DNA from: an uncultured bacterium
GTDB lineage: Bacteria; Patescibacteriota; Minisyncoccia; Phycocordibacterales; GWA1-40-21
Assembly: GCA_903822075.1 (NCBI GenBank)
Contig: CAIJNK010000004.1
Span: 12,661 to 76,660 of the forward strand
Length of the DNA stretch: 64,000 nt
Direction of reading: 5' to 3'
The notes under the pieces were generated by a model. The model worked only from the letters and a program-made list of their open reading frames with translations. It was not told the DNA's origin and made no database searches. A program made the translations under genes and the position numbers. This document shows positions 17,946 to 27,634 of this stretch, one piece after another; positions within the stretch are counted from its first letter, which is position 1, and each line of letters starts with the position of its first letter.

Positions 17946-18848
17946 TTACAAATTGATTATCTTATAAAAGAAATCCATAAATTCCTGACTTTTGACTGCT
18001 TCAGCGTAGTTGATCATATTCCTTCCAGGAACCACCGAACCGGCCTTGTCACCTTCTGTTTCTATGGTAAAGTTTCCATTTTTAAAATTAAGAAAATCTC
18101 CGAGAATCGCCGATACCGCTAAGGGATCGTAAAGTTCAAACTGGCGATTATTTGGATTGCCAAAAAATGCGTACCAATTTTTTATCGCCTTAATAATAAA
18201 TTTTCCGGAACAGGATTTGGACTTGATATTCGTCAAATCCTTGATGTCTATAAGGCATTTGTGAGTCACGTCCAAGGGTATTAGGTTAACTTCTCTAAAA
18301 TTATCAAAAATCATTTTTACAGATAACGGATCTTGGAAAAAATTGAACTCGGCATATTTCGTGGAATTACCTGGGACGTTAATTGCTCCACCCATTAAGT
18401 ATAATTGGGATATTTGTTTTGCTATTTCGGGGTATTTTATAAATGCCTTGGCTATGTTTGTCGGTGGAGCTACGGAAATGATAACCAGATTATCACCATA
18501 TTTTTTTGATGATTCAACTATAAAATCTACTGCATCTTTCGCTTCCTGGCTTCTGGTGACTGGAAGATCAACGTTGCAAAGCCCATCGTTTCCGTGATAA
18601 TCAAAAGCTTCAACAAATTGCTTTGACGATAAAGGTTTGGCAGAACCTTTGTATACTGAAACATCTGATCCTAATAATTCCAAGATAGCAAGGGTATTTT
18701 TAGTCGTTTGAGTCACTCCGACGTTCCCCCCACAAGTGGTAATTCCAATAATCTGCGACCCCAAGGTCTTTGATAGTAGAATGATCGCCAAAGCATCGTC
18801 AATGCCAGTGTCCACATCCAAAATAATCTTTTTGTCCTTACTAAACAT
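17946..18848 (-). CDS. inosine-uridine-preferring nucleoside hydrolase (IU-NH family)
   Basis: N-terminal fingerprint ILDVDTGIDDALAI (DxDxxxDD); ORF-track N-terminal extension rejected because it runs through the tRNA; start at MFSKDKK (18848). Confidence 0.75.
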   Translation of the reverse strand: MFSKDKKIILDVDTGIDDALAIILLSKTLGSQIIGITTCGGNVGVTQTTKNTLAILELLGSDVSVYKGSAKPLSSKQFVEAFDYHGNDGLCNVDLPVTRSQEAKDAVDFIVESSKKYGDNLVIISVAPPTNIAKAFIKYPEIAKQISQLYLMGGAINVPGNSTKYAEFNFFQDPLSVKMIFDNFREVNLIPLDVTHKCLIDIKDLTNIKSKSCSGKFIIKAIKNWYAFFGNPNNRQFELYDPLAVSAILGDFLNFKNGNFTIETEGDKAGSVVPGRNMINYAEAVKSQEFMDFFYKIINL

Positions 18849-18907
18849 GATGAATATTATATTATGATAATAAAAAAGCGGCAAGTCTAGGACTTGCCGC
18901 TGAGGAA

Positions 18908-18984
18908 TGGTGGGTAAGACGGGACTTGAACCCGTAACCCTTGGTTCCACAAACCAATGCTCTAGCCAATTGAGCTACATACCC
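18908..18984 (-). tRNA. tRNA-His (anticodon GTG), CCA encoded, no encoded G-1, apparent A73
   Basis: Cloverleaf folded by hand: acceptor GGGTATG/CTTACCC (one U-U), D-arm GCTC-AATTGGCTA-GAGC, anticodon arm TTGGT-TTGTGGA-ACCAA, T-arm ACGGG-TTCAAGT-CCCGT, then A-CCA; 10 nt downstream of hisS. Confidence 0.7.
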
Positions 18985-18994
18985 ACAAAGGAAC

Positions 18995-20377
18995 TCAAAC
19001 CAATCTGGCTCGAATGCTAGCAATTGCCTCCTCGATTGTCAAGGAAACCTGACTTTTGTCCGAAGTATCCTTGAGACTTACCACGTTCCTCGACACCTCA
19101 TCGGGACCAGCAATGATCACAAAGCGTATACCCCTTTTAACGGCGTATACAATCTGTGCCTTGAATGAAACCGGCTCCCCGACATAGACTTCTGTCTTTA
19201 TGCCTTGATCGCGCAATTTTTCTCCAAGTGCCATGGCAGACCCTGACAACCCTTCGTTGAAAACGGTCACGAGAACATCTGCCGTAGCGGTCGTCTTTGC
19301 AACCAGACCCTTGCTTTCAAGAGCGATAAGGATGCGATCCACACCAACTGAGGCGCCGACCCCAGCGATGTTTGAACCAGGAACAAATCTGTTGGTTAGA
19401 CCATCAAATCTGCCGCCAGAAAAAACACTGCCTAGGCCGTCGACATCAGTAATGTATGTCTCAAAAACCGGTCCCGTGTAGTAATCCAAACCCCTCGCCA
19501 CAGACAGATCAAACGACCAGAATTCCCGTGGCACGCCTAGAAAATCCAGATTACTGATCATACCCTTCATTGTGGTCAAGCCCTTATCTCCACTTTCGCT
19601 TTTCCCTCCAATGATTTCAGTGACATCACTAAGGACTAGCTCCGGATCATTTTCTCGAATCGAAAGAAATCTTCTCAGAAGATCGATCTCTGTTGCGCCC
19701 AAAGGCTTACCTACGCCTTGGAACTCATACGGAGATGCGAGCTCAGAGACGACCCCGTCCAATCCAAGACGATCGATTTTATCAATCGTCCGGAACAGAT
19801 TCTTGTCAGTGATGTTGTAACCCAGAAGCTCCGCAACAGTATTGAGAATCCTCCTGTCGTTGATCTTGATGTTGAAACGGTCAAAACCGAGAGCCTTGAG
19901 CGTCTTGTACATCACCAACACAATTTCGGTATCAGACCAGACTGATCGCGAACCGATAGTGTCAATATCGAATTGCAGAAATTCCCTGAAGCGGCCTTTC
20001 TGCGGTTTTTCACCGCGCCAGACCTTACCCACCTGATACCTCTTGAAAGGTTTCGGGATGTTTGGATATGCTGCAACGACTCGCGCTAAGGACACTGTGA
20101 GATCGAATCTTGAGGCAAAATCCTCCTCCATCAACGTTTCTCCAGCATCCTCAGCGCCAGTTTTGATGCGCGACGTAAAGATGCTCTTGGTGAATTGCTC
20201 GCCTCCAGTCAACACCTCCAACTTTTCCATTGCGGGGGTGTCCAATGGTAGGAAACCAAATGACTCGTAGATTGCCCGTATCTTATCAAGGGCAGCCTGG
20301 AGAATTATCATCCTTTCGGGAAGATAATCTTGGAATCCCGCCAACGTTACCGGTTTAATTGTCCTGTTTTCGTTCAT
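18995..20377 (-). CDS. hisS: histidyl-tRNA synthetase
   Basis: 460 aa class IIa aaRS; HisRS N-terminal block (…FQDYLPERM…, ESFGFLPLDTPAMEKLEV…); anticodon-binding domain; GC above window average. Confidence 0.85.
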   Translation of the reverse strand: MNENRTIKPVTLAGFQDYLPERMIILQAALDKIRAIYESFGFLPLDTPAMEKLEVLTGGEQFTKSIFTSRIKTGAEDAGETLMEEDFASRFDLTVSLARVVAAYPNIPKPFKRYQVGKVWRGEKPQKGRFREFLQFDIDTIGSRSVWSDTEIVLVMYKTLKALGFDRFNIKINDRRILNTVAELLGYNITDKNLFRTIDKIDRLGLDGVVSELASPYEFQGVGKPLGATEIDLLRRFLSIRENDPELVLSDVTEIIGGKSESGDKGLTTMKGMISNLDFLGVPREFWSFDLSVARGLDYYTGPVFETYITDVDGLGSVFSGGRFDGLTNRFVPGSNIAGVGASVGVDRILIALESKGLVAKTTATADVLVTVFNEGLSGSAMALGEKLRDQGIKTEVYVGEPVSFKAQIVYAVKRGIRFVIIAGPDEVSRNVVSLKDTSDKSQVSLTIEEAIASIRARLV

Positions 20378-20523
20378 TATTACCCTCTTCTGTTTAACGT
20401 ACTTTTACACTTCTAAAATAGACACTACTAAAATATAGTAATTTGTCAACATTGATTTTATATAATTTAATGTTTAATTAAACTCGCCCACCATTGTCAA
20501 AATAAACACATTTGTCTTATTTC

Positions 20524-21510
20524 TTAATGTTTTGTTATCACAATACTTTTCTTTTTAGTATCCATACTTACCTCCCCGCCTATCGGAAAGGTAATAATCG
20601 GGCTGGTGTGGCCAAAATCAACGTTGGCGATAACCGGCATATTTTTTAATTCCGCTTTTGTCTTTATTATCTGAATCAATTTATCATTGGTCATCTTACT
20701 GACGTTCTGAAACCGGCCAATCACGATTCCTTTTACTCCCTTAAAGGAAGGTTGATGGATTATAGATTGCAAATCGCGATCAAAAAGTACTGGATTTGAG
20801 GTCTCATCGTCTTCCAGGAATAAAATAGAATCTTTCAAGGACGGCACATACTCCGTTCCTTGGAGTAGGTTAAACGTGCAAAGATTAGCGCCGAGAAGAG
20901 TGCCAGAAGCGTTGCCTTTGTTAATCACCAGCCAACCATCATTTTTAATTAGGTTTCTTTTGTCCTGATCCATATACCAGGCGTCATCCGTCCAATCTTC
21001 CGAAGGCTTTATGTCAATCAAATCATTGGCCATTAGGCACTTCTTGAAATAATCCATGGTGTAATCAAAGTGCAGCTTTTGGCCAAAGGTAGACCAGACC
21101 GGACCGGAATAAGTTACCAAACCGGTTTTAGCAAAAATGGCATTCTGCAAAGCGGTAGTATCTGAATAACCGATAAATATCTTGGGGTTTTTCCTGATAA
21201 GATTCCAATCAAGATATCTCAGAAGTTGATTGCAGCTAAAACCACCGATGACGGCAAAAACCGCTTTTACCTTTGGATCTTTAAAAGCCTGGTGCAAATC
21301 CGCCACTCTGGACTTGATGGATGATGACCGAAAGTCGTCAATCTCTTCCACATGTTTGCCAAAAGTGACTTTGAAACCCAACCCGTACAAGCGACTGTTG
21401 GCAATCTCCCTGGTCTCCTTTGAAATTATGGCCATTGAACTGGATGGCGCCACCACTCTTATCTCATCCCCCGCCTCTAGCTTTTTTGGATATATTTTTT
21501 TCATACGCAA
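20524..21510 (-). CDS. LD-carboxypeptidase (peptidase S66, LdcA/MccF family)
   Basis: N-terminal IRVVAPSSSM nucleophile elbow; about 330 aa, typical of S66. Confidence 0.65.
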   Translation of the reverse strand: MRMKKIYPKKLEAGDEIRVVAPSSSMAIISKETREIANSRLYGLGFKVTFGKHVEEIDDFRSSSIKSRVADLHQAFKDPKVKAVFAVIGGFSCNQLLRYLDWNLIRKNPKIFIGYSDTTALQNAIFAKTGLVTYSGPVWSTFGQKLHFDYTMDYFKKCLMANDLIDIKPSEDWTDDAWYMDQDKRNLIKNDGWLVINKGNASGTLLGANLCTFNLLQGTEYVPSLKDSILFLEDDETSNPVLFDRDLQSIIHQPSFKGVKGIVIGRFQNVSKMTNDKLIQIIKTKAELKNMPVIANVDFGHTSPIITFPIGGEVSMDTKKKSIVITKH

Positions 21511-21525
21511 ATAGTAACATATTTC

Positions 21526-23553
21526 TCATTTAGAATCCTCTAAACCTAATTCCTGAGCAAAAAAAGATAATATCAACGCTTGATTTTCGACAATTTTTAC
21601 CACCGGCTTTCCCGATCCATGTCCAGCATCCATTTCAGTAAAAAGATGGACCTCATTTTCTTTATTCACTCCTTGAAGCATAGCCGTCATTTTACGAGCA
21701 TGAAGCGGATCAACTCTGGTATCCTTGTCGGCTGTAGTGAATAAAAAGTCCGGATATTTTATCCCTTCCTTCACATTATGATAAGGGCTCCAAGTTAAAA
21801 TTCTCTCCAAATCTTCTTTGAGATTCGAATTACCGTATTCGTGAACCCAGCGGATAGCCATACCGAATTTAGGGAAACGGACCATATCAGTAAGTGGTAC
21901 GCGCGAACAAATAGCTTTAAATAAGTCTGGCCTTTGCACTCCCACGACTGAAACCAGAAGTCCACCATTACTGCCCCCGATAATTCCCAGTTTTTCCCGG
22001 CTGGTATATTTTCTGGAAATCAAATACCCACCGGCAGAAATAAAATCGTCAAAAGAATTCTGTTTGTTTTTATAGATTCCGGCCTTATGCCACTTATCGC
22101 CAAACTCTCCCCCGCCGCGAATATTTGCAATAGCAAAGATACCGCCTCTTTCAATCCAAGGAACCCAATTTCTCATAAAGGACGGCGTCTCACAATGGTT
22201 AAAACCACCATAACCATAAAGGAGAGTTGGGTTTGAAGAATCAAGATTAAGGCCTTTCTTATGAAAAATAAACATCGGAACTTTTGTGCCGTCTTTTGAC
22301 AAATACCATTCCTGCTTTACTTCATAATCTTCAGGCTTTATCGGGTTAGCAATTTTCCGATATTCGGAATATTGTTTTGTCTCCGGATCATAACGATAAA
22401 TAATCTTCGGGAAGACAAAAGATTCAACACCGTAAAAGAACTCTTCTTCCTCCCTCTGTGATGAGGCTCCAGCCAGGCTTGAATACTTCGGCAAGGGCAC
22501 CTTTTCAATTTCCTTGCCCTCATAATCAAAGATAATTGCTTCGGAACAGACATCTACCAAGTATTCAACTAGGATTCGGCTTTTAGTGAACCTGATTGCT
22601 TCAAGAAGATATTCTCTCTCCGGTATAAGGACGTTCCATTGATCAAGAGTATTGTATAAACAGTCATAAGTGGTCCAGAGCACCTTAAAATTATTTGCCT
22701 GATAATTCGTATCCATTACCACCTTGTCTTTTAAAAAGGATAAAGAAAAATGAGCCGGAATTCCCACAACAAGTGGTTTTGTTTTCTTGGTAAGACTCTC
22801 GTAGATGTAAATATCATTTTTTGTCCACTCTTGTGACACCTGAATGCCGAGATATTTATCGTCAAGAGAGAGCGTCAGACTAATCATATCATCCTTGGGA
22901 CGATCTGCTCCAAAAATAAGTTCATCGTTATCGGGGTTACTCCCTAATTTATGAAAAAAAACTTTCGTATGCAGAGATTCCTCACCTTTCGTTACAGTTC
23001 CCGGACGAGGGTTTCTGGTGTAGTAAAAGCCTGAATCGTCCGCCAACCACTGAATTGAAGCGTAACGGCAATTCACAATATTTTCTGTGAGCTCTTTGTT
23101 TGTTTCCACGTCTTTGATGTAAATCACTGACATCTCATCACCGCCCATTGAAATACCATAGGCTATGTATTTACCTGTTCTGGATGGCGTCCAATAATCA
23201 ATAGTGACCGTATTGCCGGCTCTTTTACCATTAGGATTAAATAGCACAACAGAATCACCGTCCAAGCCCTTTTTAACATACAAAACAGCCTGGTCATCAT
23301 CCGGCTGACGTTCAGTGTAGAAATATCTGCCTCTCACTGGCACGGGGTTCGAAAAAGTAGTCACCTTGAAGTTCTTGACTAATTCAGCAGAGAAAATCTT
23401 AAAATGACCCTGCCTTAAATCGGCATCTGTCCGTTTATTTTGATTTTTTATCCAATCCTTAACTTCCACACTTTCGGAATCCTCAAGCCAGCGAAATGGA
23501 TCAGGTACTTTAATACCGCATATTTCGTCAACGATATTTTCTTTTTTGGTCAT
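21526..23553 (-). CDS. prolyl oligopeptidase (peptidase S9A)
   Basis: 675 aa; beta-propeller N-terminal part plus alpha/beta hydrolase with GGSNGG nucleophile motif and a distal HG…. Confidence 0.75.
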   Translation of the reverse strand: MTKKENIVDEICGIKVPDPFRWLEDSESVEVKDWIKNQNKRTDADLRQGHFKIFSAELVKNFKVTTFSNPVPVRGRYFYTERQPDDDQAVLYVKKGLDGDSVVLFNPNGKRAGNTVTIDYWTPSRTGKYIAYGISMGGDEMSVIYIKDVETNKELTENIVNCRYASIQWLADDSGFYYTRNPRPGTVTKGEESLHTKVFFHKLGSNPDNDELIFGADRPKDDMISLTLSLDDKYLGIQVSQEWTKNDIYIYESLTKKTKPLVVGIPAHFSLSFLKDKVVMDTNYQANNFKVLWTTYDCLYNTLDQWNVLIPEREYLLEAIRFTKSRILVEYLVDVCSEAIIFDYEGKEIEKVPLPKYSSLAGASSQREEEEFFYGVESFVFPKIIYRYDPETKQYSEYRKIANPIKPEDYEVKQEWYLSKDGTKVPMFIFHKKGLNLDSSNPTLLYGYGGFNHCETPSFMRNWVPWIERGGIFAIANIRGGGEFGDKWHKAGIYKNKQNSFDDFISAGGYLISRKYTSREKLGIIGGSNGGLLVSVVGVQRPDLFKAICSRVPLTDMVRFPKFGMAIRWVHEYGNSNLKEDLERILTWSPYHNVKEGIKYPDFLFTTADKDTRVDPLHARKMTAMLQGVNKENEVHLFTEMDAGHGSGKPVVKIVENQALILSFFAQELGLEDSK

Positions 23554-24323
23554 ATGTTTAATATTGTCCTAACGGCTACTCTGTATACTTCAGCCTTTAC
23601 TGCTTCACGCTTTGTTTTCTCATTCTTATGACTTTCATCATGACAGGTCTGCCCTTTTATCAAATTATCTGAAATATAGACCAATGCTCCACAAGGAACT
23701 TTGAAATGATTTGATACAGCAAAAACCACTGCAGTCTCCATTTCCACACCAGAATAACCTGCCTCGGACCAGGACCTCACATCCTCCCAAGTTTCGCCCA
23801 TCATCGCCTGACAGCCCATAATAGCCCCGGTATCAATCTTAAGATCTTTAGGCGTATTCTTAATCAGCTCCTGTGATATAGCCTCGGTTGAATAATGTTT
23901 ATTATCTTTCACCTCGCGAGCGTAGATTCTGGTAGTGCTTTCGTCACCATAGGTATATTTTGGAACTATTAGATCCAAAGAATTTAGATTAGGATTTAAA
24001 CCGCCGCAACTGCCAATGTGAATATTCTTCTTGGAACCAAACAAACAGGCCAGGTGTAAATATTCCGAGAGTGTTGCTCCCCCATATTCTATAGTAAACC
24101 AGTATTTCTTGCCGTTAATCTCTAATTCCCTGATATGCTGAAGAAACTTATACTCAAGCTTTTTAATTCTATACTTTATTCCCAAATCTTTTAAGGTATC
24201 CTCCAGATTTTTTATATGTTTTTCATCATCCCAACCACCATAAGACAAGAAACCAGATATTTTGTAATCAGGCGGAAGAGCACAGTGTTTTCTAAACTCA
24301 TCGGCGGTAAATGATTTGTACAT
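23550..24323 (-). CDS. nucleoside phosphorylase, PNP/UDP-1 family (MTA/SAH nucleosidase or uridine/purine phosphorylase-like)
   Basis: SGVEMETAVVFAVS block resembling the VEME[GS]AA motif. Confidence 0.55.
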   Translation of the reverse strand: MYKSFTADEFRKHCALPPDYKISGFLSYGGWDDEKHIKNLEDTLKDLGIKYRIKKLEYKFLQHIRELEINGKKYWFTIEYGGATLSEYLHLACLFGSKKNIHIGSCGGLNPNLNSLDLIVPKYTYGDESTTRIYAREVKDNKHYSTEAISQELIKNTPKDLKIDTGAIMGCQAMMGETWEDVRSWSEAGYSGVEMETAVVFAVSNHFKVPCGALVYISDNLIKGQTCHDESHKNEKTKREAVKAEVYRVAVRTILNI

Positions 24324-24335
24324 TGTTATACATTA

Positions 24336-24686
24336 CTATACTTTTTCAATTACTTCCATACTTTTTTTAATGAACTCTGAAAAGTTTTTCTCTTTTATAG
24401 CGAAATCATCATATAGTTCTTGGATTAACTCTGTCAACAGTTGGCCGTCAATCTTAAGTTCTCTATGTTCTTTGTAAAAACCCTCAGGAGAACCTATGAT
24501 TTTGATCATGCGCGGATCGTTCAGGATGATTGGTGTGACAATCTCGCTTAAAATCCATTCCTTGTGTGGAGATTCATAATTACCCTTTTTAATATTTGGC
24601 GAAACGTCCTTAAATTTCTTGAAATATAAAAAATGAGAAATTTCATGAGCAATGGTACGGCTAGAATCCTTCCGGTCATATGTCAC
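24336..24686 (-). pseudogene. C-terminal fragment of a HExxH-motif protein (paralog of 26744-27631); possible split or decayed gene together with 24762-25079
   Basis: IAHEISHFLYF…IVTPIILNDPRMIKI aligns with ALHEISHFIFF…VLTPVLLQHPDIIKH of the 295 aa paralog; the ORF starts only 12 residues before the HExxH. Confidence 0.35.
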
Positions 24687-24761
24687 AGAAAAACTTCACC
24701 GATTCAGGAAACGCGGGCAGATAGGGTTAATTGACACATATCCGACAATCTCCCTCTCTGG

Positions 24762-25079
24762 CTAATCTTCCTGGATTATCTCTGCTAGCGTCTCAAATAC
24801 TTCTTTTTGTACTTTGTTCCATTCATCCTCCACAAACCTTAAACCGCTAGCCATTATATCTCCTAGCTCTTTTCTTATCTTGGCAATCTCCATCCTTATT
24901 GCCTTTTCTCTTTCGACCCGTGATTTAATGTCTTTAATTTTGATAAATTGAGGATACTTACTGGTTATTTTATCACTCCAGTTTCTGTCTAAAAAGTCAA
25001 AAAACATCTCTGTTTCCAGTTCTAGCGGCATTTGCTTAAAAGTAACTTTTGGTATTTTGCTCTTGTCTATTTTTTCCAT
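24762..25079 (-). CDS. hypothetical protein (105 aa), possibly the N-terminal remnant of the same HExxH paralog
   Basis: Weak resemblance (TEMFFDFLDRNW vs TEINLFFSNLFKRDF) to the N-terminus of 26744-27631; acidic and helical. Confidence 0.35.
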   Translation of the reverse strand: MEKIDKSKIPKVTFKQMPLELETEMFFDFLDRNWSDKITSKYPQFIKIKDIKSRVEREKAIRMEIAKIRKELGDIMASGLRFVEDEWNKVQKEVFETLAEIIQED

Positions 25080-25126
25080 TCTTTATCTTGTTTTGATAAT
25101 ACCACAAAATATAGTAGACTAGAACC

Positions 25127-25648
25127 ATGACTGAAATAGAATTAGAGAAGACGTATTTAGCCAAGTATCTACCAGAGGGATTAAAAGACTGCCCTTCAAA
25201 AGAAATTAAGGATATTTATGTCCCAGAAACTGAAGCACATCCATCTCTACGTATCAGAAAACGTGGTGATAAATATGAAATAACAAAAAAAGTCCCCGTC
25301 CTCGGAAATGATTCTTCGGAACAGTATGAACACACTATAATTCTTACAAATGAGGAGTTTTCCGCTTTGGAGCAGGTAAAGGGTAAGGTAGTTCGGAAAA
25401 TTAGACATTATTACAATTATAATGGGGCGCAGGCAGAAGTGGATATTTTTCAAGATGATTTAGCGGGCTTAGTTTTGGTAGACTTTGAATTTAAAAAAGC
25501 TGAAGATAAAAATAATTTTGAAATGCCAGATTTTTGCTTAGTCGATGTCACCCAAGATAAACATTTTGCCGGCGGTATGATTTGCGGCAAGGAATATACT
25601 GATCTGGTGCCGCATCTAGACGAATTAGGCTACAGAAAGATAGGCTAA
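25127..25648 (+). CDS. CYTH-domain protein (triphosphate tunnel metalloenzyme, CyaB/ThTPase-like)
   Basis: Begins MTEIELEK (ExExK signature); about 170 aa beta-barrel-type composition. Confidence 0.6.
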   Translation: MTEIELEKTYLAKYLPEGLKDCPSKEIKDIYVPETEAHPSLRIRKRGDKYEITKKVPVLGNDSSEQYEHTIILTNEEFSALEQVKGKVVRKIRHYYNYNGAQAEVDIFQDDLAGLVLVDFEFKKAEDKNNFEMPDFCLVDVTQDKHFAGGMICGKEYTDLVPHLDELGYRKIG

Positions 25649-25664
25649 ATTTACAATTAAACAC

Positions 25665-26291
25665 ATGGAGAAAATACAAGTATTGATGATTCACGGTGGT
25701 ATGACTTTCAAAAACAAAAAGGACTATTGGAAGTATTTGGGTGTCAAAAGACTTGGTTTTGAAAAGAAAATCAGCTGGACAGGGGACTATATTGATAAGG
25801 CTTTGGGTAATAGATTTGAAATGATCAAACCGCGCATGCCTCAACAAGATGATGCTAAGTATACTGAATGGAGGATCTATTTTGAACGACACCTTCCATA
25901 TTTAAGAAATAACTATATTCTCATTGGTACCTCACTTGGCGGTATTTTCTTGGCCAAGTATCTGTCCGAACATAAACTACCTGAAAAGGCATTGGCGACA
26001 TATTTAGTCTGTCCACCTTTTGACGACAGTCATTCGAATGAAGATTTAGCTGGCGGGTTCAAACTTAAGTCGGATATTTCAGCCCTTGAAAATAACTCAA
26101 AAAAACTTTGTCTGATGTTTTCTGCGGATGATGAATGTGTTCCGATTTACCATGCCGAAAAATATCGGGGGAAATTACCAAATGCCAAAATTATGATTTA
26201 TAAAAACAAGAAAGGACACTTCAGGGTATCAAGGTTCCCTGAAATCGTACAACTGATCAAAGAAGACGCCAGGAAAGCCTTAAAAGCTTAG
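25665..26291 (+). CDS. alpha/beta-hydrolase-fold serine hydrolase (YdeN/RBBP9-like)
   Basis: Starts …VLMIHGG; nucleophile elbow GTSLGG; about 200 aa. Confidence 0.5.
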   Translation: MEKIQVLMIHGGMTFKNKKDYWKYLGVKRLGFEKKISWTGDYIDKALGNRFEMIKPRMPQQDDAKYTEWRIYFERHLPYLRNNYILIGTSLGGIFLAKYLSEHKLPEKALATYLVCPPFDDSHSNEDLAGGFKLKSDISALENNSKKLCLMFSADDECVPIYHAEKYRGKLPNAKIMIYKNKKGHFRVSRFPEIVQLIKEDARKALKA

Positions 26292-26300
26292 AAAGTAGAC

Positions 26301-26744
26301 TTACAGAAACCTCACTGTATCCGAGAGCAACGCGCCATGATTCAAATCAATCTGCACTTGCTTTGGCAATATTATTCGCGAATCATTCGTTCCAATCCAA
26401 CAAATCTCCACCAGTTCATCCCTATGTGTACCGCCAAGTTTGCTTATATCCAGAAAATCAGCCGAATTCAGGACTTCAAAGAAGAACTCGATAGATTGTT
26501 TTCCTTCCCCGTTTTCAATCGTAAGGTTGTTAACATATAAAAGTCTTCCAACTCTTGGTTCAATGCCCAATTCCTCAATAATCTCCCTCTTAAAACAGTC
26601 CATGACCCTTTCACCCCATTCTAGGTGTCCACCCGGTAAGGCATAAAAGTTCGCACCGACATAATGCTTTACGGCCAAAAGCTTGTTATCGTAAAGAATT
26701 ATTCCCCGACAGCGGACAATTATTTCTTTATTTAATTTAATCAT
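26301..26744 (-). CDS. NUDIX hydrolase
   Basis: Complete Nudix box G(HLEWG)E-RVMDCFK-REIIEELGI. Confidence 0.8.
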   Translation of the reverse strand: MIKLNKEIIVRCRGIILYDNKLLAVKHYVGANFYALPGGHLEWGERVMDCFKREIIEELGIEPRVGRLLYVNNLTIENGEGKQSIEFFFEVLNSADFLDISKLGGTHRDELVEICWIGTNDSRIILPKQVQIDLNHGALLSDTVRFL

Positions 26745-27631
26745 TATAATATTTTAATTGGTTTCGTGAATTCAGTTTTCAAAGCTTCGTCCGAAAATAC
26801 TGCGCGGCCATTTTTTGCATGAAGCAGATCCCGTCTTAAAACTTCTGGTTCTATCCGTTCAAATATACTAACTAACCAGCGCAAAAATGCGGGGTAACCT
26901 TCTCTAGTGGGATTTTTTGCGAATTCTCTGCTGACATAATCAAAAATACTCATTACTTCCCCACTCACCTCAACCAGATACTTGATAGATTCGTCATTCC
27001 CACAGACATAATCCTTTTTTCGGTGTTTAATGATATCCGGGTGTTGCAAAAGCACGGGGGTTAGGACTTCTTTCAGGTGATGTATGCCTCTATCGGATAA
27101 TACATTTGGAATATTGGCAATTTGCCTAAAAAATATGAAGTGCGATATCTCATGCAGGGCAATAGATACAAGTCTGTCAAATTCTGTTATACCGTCTTTA
27201 ACCCCCGTAATGGTAAAATAAAAAAGATTCCTTTTTACATCAAACGGACAAATAGGATATACCGATGGCATAATTAAATATTTATAGTGTTCAGTTTCCC
27301 CCATTAAAATCTCAAGTGATTTAATTCCTTCTTCTATTTCTGGTAATTCAGCCGTAATGTTAGTTTCGGCAATTTTTATGCTATCGGTGTATCTTTCTCT
27401 AAAATTCAAAATTACACCCTTAATTTTAGCACGTAGTTCATCGTCAGATTGATTATCGGGATTAGTATGAATATTTGTTAGCTCCGGAAAATTCTTGTAT
27501 ATCATGTCCCTGAAAGCTTTAAAATCACGTTTAAATAGATTACTAAAAAAAAGATTGATCTCTGTATCCTGTTCAAAAATACAGGTCAATGATGATTCTT
27601 TTAGTATTTCTGTCGGTAGTTCTTCTCCCAT
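26744..27631 (-). CDS. HExxH-motif protein (putative zinc-dependent hydrolase), uncharacterised family
   Basis: IALHEISHFIFF; 4 nt from the ABC exporter gene and 1 nt overlap with the NUDIX gene, so in an operon. Confidence 0.4.
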   Translation of the reverse strand: MGEELPTEILKESSLTCIFEQDTEINLFFSNLFKRDFKAFRDMIYKNFPELTNIHTNPDNQSDDELRAKIKGVILNFRERYTDSIKIAETNITAELPEIEEGIKSLEILMGETEHYKYLIMPSVYPICPFDVKRNLFYFTITGVKDGITEFDRLVSIALHEISHFIFFRQIANIPNVLSDRGIHHLKEVLTPVLLQHPDIIKHRKKDYVCGNDESIKYLVEVSGEVMSIFDYVSREFAKNPTREGYPAFLRWLVSIFERIEPEVLRRDLLHAKNGRAVFSDEALKTEFTKPIKIL

Positions 27632-27634
27632 TTA

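Noticed and set aside
17946-18950. Long N-terminal extension of the nucleoside hydrolase ORF (MEPRVTGSSPVLPT…)
   Set aside because: It reads through the tRNA-His gene (18908-18984). The conserved IU-NH N-terminus (DxDxxxDD) starts right after the internal Met at 18848.
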